From a virus (Duplodnaviria > Caudoviricetes): a DNA stretch of 64,000 bases. Numbering within the stretch: position 1 is the stretch's first letter; every line of letters begins with the position of its first letter. Below are positions 25,664-33,122 of this stretch, one piece after another. A model generated the notes under the pieces. The model saw only the letters and a list, made by a program, of their open reading frames with translations, ran no database searches and was not told where the DNA came from. Location: positions 17,367-81,366 of IMG/VR virus record IMGVR_UViG_3300027769_000026. One strand, given 5' to 3'. The position numbers and the translations under genes were made by a program.

Positions 25664-27439
25664 TCATGCCTCCACCATATCCACATCCGTCGAGAACGTG
25701 GTAAATCCGTTTTCTTTGACAACCTGCAAACTGTTGTTCACACGTGTTATCAATTCATCTCTATGAGATATCAAGAAAACATTCTTCTTTGATTCTCTGC
25801 TGAACTTCTTGAGCACGGCCAGTGCGGCGTCTACGCCAACTGGATCCATACCTGAATCTACAAGCTCGTCGATGAACAGCAAATTACAAGGAAAATTCAA
25901 ACTCTCAAACACGTCTCTGAAACTCCAACTCAATCCAAGAATGAGTCGGTTACGTTCTCCTCGGCTGAGGTTATCAAAGTCAAATTCTTGTCCTAGCATC
26001 TTGATACCAACAGTAAGGTCGCTTTGGAAATTGACCTCATGTGGCAACTGTAGCAATGTAAGATAGTGATTCAACCTGTGATTCAAATAGCTCAAGTTCT
26101 GCTCAATAATGCGACGTCGCACAAATGAGTCCTTGTTAGTAAGCAATTTATACAAGAACTCTTGGTGTTCAAGTTTCTTGTTAAGAACGTTGATTGGGTT
26201 CCAGTCAACTTCTGCTAGTGCTTTGTTGCGCAATGTTTCAATCTGATCCTGATATGGATCCGTGTCCGCATCACGCTGTACCAATTGCGATTTTAGGTTT
26301 TCCAAGCTACTTTTGTGGTTCACAGCATCATTTATGTCGGTGTACCGAACATGTGGTGCTGTGCCCAAAACACCAGATTCTTCAATCTTTGTTTTGGCCT
26401 CCTGCTCCAGCGCATGTTCACGCTCTAGATCATCTGCCACGCTCATCATTGCAGATTCCAGCTCGGAGATCATGGATGTTTGTTGGTCATCATGCAAGCC
26501 CTGTCCGCAAGCATGACACTTGTGATCTTTTGCTTTATCGCATGCGCCAGTTAACTCTACCAACTGCCCGCTCAGACGCTTTACTGCGGCCTGTGCATTT
26601 GCCAAGTCCTTGGTGTAACGCTTGATCTTTTGCTCTTTTTCTTTCCATGCAGTCAGTGCTGAATGGTTTGCAAGTTCTTGGTCAATGTCAATGGTTTCAA
26701 GTTCGTTGATCGAAGCAACCAGCTTAACCATGTCTTCATCTTTTTTCTTGACCCAGATGCGACTGCGACGTTCAATGTCCTCAATTGATGCTTGGATCTT
26801 GGCATTGGTTTCTTGCAGTGCCCTGATTCGGAATTCTTCTTCTTTGATGCCATCTCTAGTGTGGCGCATGGCTTCTTTGAGTAGCTCTGCTTTTTCACTC
26901 AGCAGTGTGATACCAAGAAGCTCTTCAATGATCTCTTTTTGATCATTGTTCTTCATGCTAAGGAAAGGTTCGTTGTAGGTGTTCAGCGCCAGGATGTGTT
27001 TGAACATTTCGTGGCTCATGCCCAGGATGCGCTCTACTGCTTCCTGGGTAAGTTTGTTTTCGCCCTGTCCTTCGTTTGTGCCTGCTTCGTTTACTTCGTC
27101 ATCGTCAACTGCGAAACGAAATATGTTGGGCTTGCGTCCACGTTCAATGCGATAGGTGTGGCCATTCTTTTCAAACTCCACAGTGACCAGCATGTTCTTG
27201 TCGTTGGTCTTGTTGATAAGATTGTCTTTGCGGATGTTGCTGAGCGCATTGCCATATAGCGCATAGCTGAGTGCATTGACGATTGTGGTCTTGCCCACAC
27301 CGTTACGTGCGCCTTCACCACCCATGTCCATGTTAAGGCCAATGACTAGGGTGAGGCCATGCTGGTCTAGATTTACCGCTTGGGTAACATTACCAACAGA
27401 CAGGAAGTTCTTTACTGTGAGATTTTTAATTGTCAGCAT
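25664..27439 (-). CDS. gp46: Recombination endonuclease ATPase subunit (gp46/SbcC/Rad50)
   Basis: Walker A NGVGKTT, Zn-hook CHAC, signature LSRGE, Walker B LLFIDE, D-loop DSGMD, H-loop ISH. Confidence 0.95.
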   Translation of the reverse strand: MLTIKNLTVKNFLSVGNVTQAVNLDQHGLTLVIGLNMDMGGEGARNGVGKTTIVNALSYALYGNALSNIRKDNLINKTNDKNMLVTVEFEKNGHTYRIERGRKPNIFRFAVDDDEVNEAGTNEGQGENKLTQEAVERILGMSHEMFKHILALNTYNEPFLSMKNNDQKEIIEELLGITLLSEKAELLKEAMRHTRDGIKEEEFRIRALQETNAKIQASIEDIERRSRIWVKKKDEDMVKLVASINELETIDIDQELANHSALTAWKEKEQKIKRYTKDLANAQAAVKRLSGQLVELTGACDKAKDHKCHACGQGLHDDQQTSMISELESAMMSVADDLEREHALEQEAKTKIEESGVLGTAPHVRYTDINDAVNHKSSLENLKSQLVQRDADTDPYQDQIETLRNKALAEVDWNPINVLNKKLEHQEFLYKLLTNKDSFVRRRIIEQNLSYLNHRLNHYLTLLQLPHEVNFQSDLTVGIKMLGQEFDFDNLSRGERNRLILGLSWSFRDVFESLNFPCNLLFIDELVDSGMDPVGVDAALAVLKKFSRESKKNVFLISHRDELITRVNNSLQVVKENGFTTFSTDVDMVEA

Positions 27440-27452
27440 TGATTGTCCTGCA

Positions 27453-28475
27453 TTATACTGTAAGACCGTTGTAGATGTCAACCAACATCTTCTTGTCGAT
27501 CACATCCGAGTCAATGGCATTTAATTGCGTCATGACGATTTGATCAACGCTTTCAAATTTCACATCCTCAGCAGTCCATTCTTTGGCATGCTCTTCTTTC
27601 TTTGCAGGAATCAGTGTAAGATCTCTGCAACCGTATTCTTCCATGAATGTTTTCTTAAGGAACTGTGCTTCTTCGTAGCTGATATCAATGTCAATGCTGA
27701 TACGAGCAAAGGTGTTTTTGTCAAGCACCTTGGCCGGATCATCAACTACATTTCCTAGTGTAAGAATGCGAAACTTGGGTGCATCTGGCCAGCTCTTGTA
27801 CTCTGGCTTGCCACCCCAGTCCAGCAACATCATGCCGCGCTCATCATCCCAAGCATCAGCAAAGTTGTGCGGGAATGGATTGCCCATGTACACAACATTG
27901 CCTTTTTGCTGACGCTTGTGGAAATGTCCAGAGAACACAAGTTCTTGGTTTGGAAAATGTCCTGCATTGAGTCCGCCGTGATCAGGCATTTCAACCATGG
28001 CATTCATCTTGAAGCTGGGCAACTCAAAATGTCCAAAAACATATCGGCTGTCCAGCTTCTTCATGTTGGTCCATTCTTCTCCAACCAACCACGGAACAAT
28101 GGCAACGTCTCCTTCGATTATTGTTTCATTGACCATGGTGATGTTGGGCAAGTATTTGCCAAATGGCAAGCTGTGGATCTCGCGCTTTTCTCTATAGAAC
28201 AAGTCATGATTGCCAGTGATAAAGAACACACGATCAAAACTCTTGCTGAGATACTCAAGGTTACTCACTGTGTAGTTCAGTGTACTCACATTGACTGTTG
28301 ATCTATTGTTGTGCCAGTCACCAAGAAAAATACAAGTCTCAGCACCGGCTGCTTGTGCTTCCTTTACAAACCATTTGACAAACGCTTCGCAGTCGTCGTT
28401 GTGTGTGCGACTGTTACTGCGCATACCAAAGTGAATGTCCGTGAAGCAAGCTGCCTTCTTGAATAATTGACCCAT
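27453..28475 (-). CDS. gp47: Recombination endonuclease nuclease subunit (gp47/SbcD/Mre11)
   Basis: Metallophosphoesterase motifs DIH, GDW, GNHD, GHF, GHFH. Confidence 0.95.
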   Translation of the reverse strand: MGQLFKKAACFTDIHFGMRSNSRTHNDDCEAFVKWFVKEAQAAGAETCIFLGDWHNNRSTVNVSTLNYTVSNLEYLSKSFDRVFFITGNHDLFYREKREIHSLPFGKYLPNITMVNETIIEGDVAIVPWLVGEEWTNMKKLDSRYVFGHFELPSFKMNAMVEMPDHGGLNAGHFPNQELVFSGHFHKRQQKGNVVYMGNPFPHNFADAWDDERGMMLLDWGGKPEYKSWPDAPKFRILTLGNVVDDPAKVLDKNTFARISIDIDISYEEAQFLKKTFMEEYGCRDLTLIPAKKEEHAKEWTAEDVKFESVDQIVMTQLNAIDSDVIDKKMLVDIYNGLTV

Positions 28476-28485
28476 TGTGTTCCTG

Positions 28486-28677
28486 TTAGTGAAGTGTTTC
28501 TAGTGTCTTTAGACACCGCGAGATTTCATCCTTGATATACAGTTTCTTCTTTTTCAGTTCATGCGCATGTGGAGTATCGTTTAGATGTTGTTTTTCTAAC
28601 ACAAGCAACTCGTTTTCTAGTTTCTTGTGTGCATCTTTAAGATGCTTAATATGATGCTTCAAACTTTCTTGATGCAA
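28486..28677 (-). CDS. DUF465/YdcH-like small coiled-coil protein
   Basis: L...H..LE..L..LE........ELKKKKL.IKDEI pattern. Confidence 0.75.
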   Translation of the reverse strand: MHQESLKHHIKHLKDAHKKLENELLVLEKQHLNDTPHAHELKKKKLYIKDEISRCLKTLETLH

Positions 28678-28691
28678 GATATACTCCTTTA

Positions 28692-29108
28692 TTAAAGATC
28701 GCCTTCTTTGCGATGTTCGCTGCCAGCAACATTGAACACATCGCCGTAACGTGCTTCTAGCTTGGCAATGTTTTCGTAAATCACTTCGTCTGGATTAAGG
28801 CCCAGTGCACGACATGCATTGACCCAGTACCACATAATGTCGCCCAGTTCGCGCTTGAGGTGATGCACAACATCGTGCGTAAAAGGTTTGCCTTGGAAGA
28901 AAATCTTCTTGGCAATTTCTTGGAACTCTCCGCCTTCGCTACCAATTCCCATAGCCGCGGTAAGAAACAGCGGAACATTGAGATCTGGCGCACCTTCGGC
29001 AGAAGTCTGTTCTTCTAGTTCTCTACAACGACCAATAAAGTCATGTAGGTTATTGCTTTGTGGGCTAGTGATGCGCTCAACAAAGTCCTTGTAGTGTTGC
29101 ATGTCCAT
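28692..29108 (-). CDS. MazG-like nucleotide pyrophosphohydrolase
   Basis: G..SE.GE..E..KK....G......LKRELGDIMWY.......LG......ENI.KL..RY. Confidence 0.88.
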   Translation of the reverse strand: MDMQHYKDFVERITSPQSNNLHDFIGRCRELEEQTSAEGAPDLNVPLFLTAAMGIGSEGGEFQEIAKKIFFQGKPFTHDVVHHLKRELGDIMWYWVNACRALGLNPDEVIYENIAKLEARYGDVFNVAGSEHRKEGDL

Positions 29109-29109
29109 A

Positions 29110-30018
29110 TTATACTTCTTCCTCATCTTTTGCACCTTCGCTCAAGGCAGCATTGCGCTCTCTTGTGGCTACTTGTTGTGCTTGATATTCCAACTGACGT
29201 GACCAGCTTGGCATCTGTCCTGCATCTTGCAAGAGATCGTCTCTGATATTTTGATTTTTCTTTTCCATGTTGAGCACACGGGTAAAGCTGTTGGTAATTG
29301 CCGCGGTGTAGTAAGCAAATGGGTTGGAACTTTTGCTTTCATCAAATTGCAATCCAATTTGGCTGAGCTGTAGCAGGGCCTGACCTCTCATTTCTTCTAC
29401 GTATGTATACCCGCGCCAGTTTGACCTCATGCTGTATCGTTCGCACAGCTTGATATACATCCTGGCAAGATTATCAACCACTTTGCCATGACCAACGCTG
29501 AACTGTCCTTTTTTGAGATCGCCTTTCCAGTGACTTCGAGCAACCTCAATCCATTCGTCCTCAATCTTGATCCAGTGTTTGAATGGCGGAAAATTTACTT
29601 TAGAGTGCAGGTCAGCTGTGATCTTGGGCTTGTTTTTCCTACCAGGTTCAACAGGAATATGATCAAAGCTGGATGTGCGTATCACCAGTTCTTCTACGGG
29701 TATTTTCTTGGCGTCAGGCAAAAACTGATCCAGTTTTGGCTTTAGCCCTTTTTGCCCAGTTTCGCGCCATTCTCGATCTGCTATTTCCAGTGCTTGCGCC
29801 GCTTGCCTATTGGCACGATTCTCTCTCGCTGTGGTGATTGCTCCCTTAGGAAAAGCCACATTTTTGCGATTATGGAACTTGGCAAGATCATCAATAATCA
29901 AATCATAGTAATAGTACTCTGGACTTTTTACCCAGCAATAAGTCATCTTGCTGTGGTGGATTTCTTTCAACAGATCTTTGTTTGATAGATATATTGTTTT
30001 TGTGGGTGAAGTTGTCAT
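29110..30018 (-). CDS. gp55: Late sigma factor (T4 gp55 family) with a large N-terminal insertion
   Basis: YLSNKDLL.EI N-terminus; NWRGYTY.EEM...A..QL....LQFD..KS.NPFAYYT....NSF...L..EK. Confidence 0.88.
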   Translation of the reverse strand: MTTSPTKTIYLSNKDLLKEIHHSKMTYCWVKSPEYYYYDLIIDDLAKFHNRKNVAFPKGAITTARENRANRQAAQALEIADREWRETGQKGLKPKLDQFLPDAKKIPVEELVIRTSSFDHIPVEPGRKNKPKITADLHSKVNFPPFKHWIKIEDEWIEVARSHWKGDLKKGQFSVGHGKVVDNLARMYIKLCERYSMRSNWRGYTYVEEMRGQALLQLSQIGLQFDESKSSNPFAYYTAAITNSFTRVLNMEKKNQNIRDDLLQDAGQMPSWSRQLEYQAQQVATRERNAALSEGAKDEEEV

Positions 30019-30025
30019 GTATAAC

Positions 30026-30054
30026 AGTATACTTTTTTAGTTAGTGGATGTCAA
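30026..30054 (-). promoter_or_regulatory. Consensus sigma70 promoter driving the gp55-gp46 operon
   Basis: AGAGG-TTGACA (30054-49), 17 nt, TATACT (30031-26); ATG 7 nt downstream. Confidence 0.85.
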
Positions 30055-30100
30055 CCTCTTTAAGATACCAAATGCAATAAAGCTGGGTTTTTCAAAGCAC

Positions 30101-30106
30101 TAAATA
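30101..30106 (+). promoter_or_regulatory. Late promoter box TAAATA for the baseplate operon
   Basis: 7 nt before ATG 30114, no SD. Confidence 0.65.
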
Positions 30107-30113
30107 GTTTATC

Positions 30114-30830
30114 ATGCCTATTACCACCGCCAGACTCGCAATGCGAGCAGATCCAAATACAGTGCTAGGAGCCGAAGCCGCTAACAGTCCTCTGCTGGGA
30201 TTTTTACGAACCGCAGGTCCGCGAGAAAACGGCACAAACGCTGTTTCTCAAACGATCGAAGGAGTGACCGACTGGGTAAGAGGTAGACTGGGTGGCAATG
30301 CTGCCGGCGGCGGAAACAGTCTGGTATTAAATTTTCCGTATACTCCTGTGATACGAACAGGAACAGAAGCAATGTATACAGAAATGGAATTAACGCATAC
30401 CAATTATCAGCCGCATGCTTTCAATCGTTCTCAAATTCAAAATATCAGCATCCAGGCCAAATTTACATCACAAACAGATCTATGGGCTAAACACAGTTTG
30501 GCAGTGATCCATTTCTTGCGCACAATAACCAAGATGCGATATGGCGCAGGCGACCCATTGAGGGGTGCACCACCACCCGTGCTTAGTTTCACAGCATACG
30601 GAAGATACATGTTTGAAAATGTACCAGTGGTGGTCAAAAGCTTCAATATCACACTACCAGATGACGTGGATTACGCAGAGTTGAATGTGGCCGGACAGTA
30701 TCATGCTGTACCCACATTGTTCACCGTTGACATTGAGCTAATGGTTCAACGTGCAGTTGGTCCAATCAAAGATGAATTTACTCTGGGTAAATTTGCAGGT
30801 GGACAGTTAGCTGAAAAAGGATACATCTAA
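30114..30830 (+). CDS. Baseplate/tail-tube initiator (gp48/gp54-like)
   Basis: FPYTP.I......Y......HTNY....F..S....ISI...FT, GAPPPVL.F.AYG..MF..VPVV...F...LP.DVDY. Confidence 0.75.
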   Translation: MPITTARLAMRADPNTVLGAEAANSPLLGFLRTAGPRENGTNAVSQTIEGVTDWVRGRLGGNAAGGGNSLVLNFPYTPVIRTGTEAMYTEMELTHTNYQPHAFNRSQIQNISIQAKFTSQTDLWAKHSLAVIHFLRTITKMRYGAGDPLRGAPPPVLSFTAYGRYMFENVPVVVKSFNITLPDDVDYAELNVAGQYHAVPTLFTVDIELMVQRAVGPIKDEFTLGKFAGGQLAEKGYI

Positions 30831-31126
30831 TGGCAGTTGTATATGATTCACGTAGCTTTTACGCCAAGACAAACATGAAGTCAAGCTATCTTGACTATAC
30901 CAATGCACCAGCAATCGTTTTAGACAGCGAGCAATCGCAGTTGATCATTGATCGCAAGTATCACAATCGACCAGACAAGTTGTCATATGATCTTTATCAA
31001 AGTGCAAAGTACTGGTGGGTGTTTGCTGTGTGCAATAGAGATGTGCTAGAAGATCCAATTTGGGACTTTGTTGCTGGGTTGCAGATATTGGTTCCTAGCC
31101 CACAATCAGTTCAAAGGATTGCCTAA
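30830..31126 (+). CDS. LysM-like baseplate wedge protein (gp53 / tail X-like)
   Basis: Y..RPDKLSYDLY....YWWVFA..N...L.DP..DF..G..I.VP. Confidence 0.8.
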   Translation: MAVVYDSRSFYAKTNMKSSYLDYTNAPAIVLDSEQSQLIIDRKYHNRPDKLSYDLYQSAKYWWVFAVCNRDVLEDPIWDFVAGLQILVPSPQSVQRIA

Positions 31127-33108
31127 TGCCAGTAACAACACAGAGACTTTTTCCAAAGTTAACCTTTGACCAAAACACGCTGAACAAATACACCAGTGTT
31201 GATTATCGACTGCGTCTAACAGCAATGAAGGATGCAGAATCAGCATTTTCATATGATCCCAGTAGAGGAATCACACTGGCAGAATCAGCGACCACCAGCA
31301 GATTTATTTTTTCAGATCTGGAATTCAAACAAAATTATTCACTGACACCCAATGCTCGGTCTAGCTTTATTGTGAACGGAACCATGACAATCATTGATCC
31401 AAGTGGGTTCAAGTTCATGGATGCCATGGTAGATTCCGCATCTACACTTGGCGTAAAAAACGGTATCATCAACGCAAGATATCTACTGGAAATCGAATTC
31501 GTAGGTCACAAGGATGACGGATCGGTTGTGATTGAACCAGACCGAGGTGTTTATGTTGTTGCCATAATGAAAGCCGAAGTTCGACTGACAGAAAAAGGCG
31601 GCGAATTCAAATTACAATTCTCCGGCACCGATGGCGATGCATTACGACATGTGAACGTTACTTTACAGACAACAAAAACCATCCAGCATGCCGGGCATTT
31701 CAAAGACTTCATAAAAGAACTTGAAACCATGCTGAATGAGGAAGAAGCCAAAAAAGTAGGAAAAGGCGATCAGGAGTTTCCAAACAAATGGAAATTTATA
31801 CTAGAACCCTATATTGAATCTAGTCCGCATTTCAAATTTGCCAGTCAGTCTGCCAACCAGCAATATAGAGATCGAACACAACGTCCAATGGATGGCAGCA
31901 ACGGGCAACTAAATGCCACACGCGAGGGCTCAACGATATTGCAAGTGATTGACAATGCCATGGCAGACACAGATGCCATGCGACTAGGGCTAAACCAAGA
32001 CGGCACAGTGAGCGATCCATTGCGAGTTGTTGATCAAGGCACAGCATCTGCAGATCTAAAAAAGATCAAGCAGATGTATAGAATTGACAGTCACGTACAG
32101 CTACAAGACAAGTGGGACAGCATAACCAACGATTATGTGAGAGAATTTTACTACTATATTTTCTTGACAGACGCAGATACCAATGCTTTCTTCTATGGTC
32201 CAGTGAATCAAATACCTCCTGCAGAATATCAAGAAATTGTAAAACTTAGACTGGAAAATGCAGCCTATATAAATCATCTTAGAAGAAAATATGACTATTA
32301 CTATACAGGATTGAACAGCGAAATATTAAAGTTTGATCTCAAAGCTGAATTTGTCATGTTTGTTGCTGAACATTTACATAGGCAATATTCGCCGGGATCA
32401 GGTACTGCGCCAGGTCCAGGCGCAACTGGTCGCCCAGGTCAAGCACCTCGTCCAACAAACGCACTACCGGTCAATCCAAATGCACCAACCAATGCCGCCG
32501 GCAGGAAGTTGGTATATGCGGAAGATGCTCCAGGATTGAAGCAACAGTCAACAGGTGGAAGATTGAACTCGTCAGCAGACAGCGGCATGGCAGGAGGTCA
32601 AGTAGTTTTCCCTCATATTTTCAGTTATGACAACAGCAACGTGGATCAAGGCACAGCGTCACAAGATCCGTCAGCAGACGAACGTCGTCGCATGAAATTC
32701 CAACACGTGTATGATGCTATGTCGTACACTGGCCCAGATTTCTTGCGCCTACAAATGACCATACGCGGAGATCCCTATTGGTTTGGATCAGCCAAGCCCA
32801 TATATGCACAGCTTGGTTTGTCCAATGCTGCCGGTAACCCAACAGAAAGAATATCTCGTGCAAACTTTTTCCTTGGTGCACAACGCATATATGTAGAAGT
32901 TCATTCAGCGGATCTGGCTGCACAAGACGATGCTGGCCTCACGCCAACCAACAGAGCAATGTCGGGCGTGTATTATATCATGGAATGCAAAAATAGATTT
33001 GTTGGTGGTCGATTTGAGCAAGAACTCAGTTGCACAAGAGATCTGCATGTGTTTGGCAAAGCAATGATAGATGCCATACAAAGCGCCACAACAAACCCAA
33101 TCAGATAA
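31126..33108 (+). CDS. Baseplate hub protein (gp27-like)
   Basis: N.L..Y.S..Y..RL N-terminus; C-terminal L.MTIRGDPYW...SGVY.I......F.GG.F.Q.L; located between gp53-like and gp5. Confidence 0.7.
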   Translation: MPVTTQRLFPKLTFDQNTLNKYTSVDYRLRLTAMKDAESAFSYDPSRGITLAESATTSRFIFSDLEFKQNYSLTPNARSSFIVNGTMTIIDPSGFKFMDAMVDSASTLGVKNGIINARYLLEIEFVGHKDDGSVVIEPDRGVYVVAIMKAEVRLTEKGGEFKLQFSGTDGDALRHVNVTLQTTKTIQHAGHFKDFIKELETMLNEEEAKKVGKGDQEFPNKWKFILEPYIESSPHFKFASQSANQQYRDRTQRPMDGSNGQLNATREGSTILQVIDNAMADTDAMRLGLNQDGTVSDPLRVVDQGTASADLKKIKQMYRIDSHVQLQDKWDSITNDYVREFYYYIFLTDADTNAFFYGPVNQIPPAEYQEIVKLRLENAAYINHLRRKYDYYYTGLNSEILKFDLKAEFVMFVAEHLHRQYSPGSGTAPGPGATGRPGQAPRPTNALPVNPNAPTNAAGRKLVYAEDAPGLKQQSTGGRLNSSADSGMAGGQVVFPHIFSYDNSNVDQGTASQDPSADERRRMKFQHVYDAMSYTGPDFLRLQMTIRGDPYWFGSAKPIYAQLGLSNAAGNPTERISRANFFLGAQRIYVEVHSADLAAQDDAGLTPTNRAMSGVYYIMECKNRFVGGRFEQELSCTRDLHVFGKAMIDAIQSATTNPIR

Positions 33109-33122
33109 TATAGGAAGCACAC

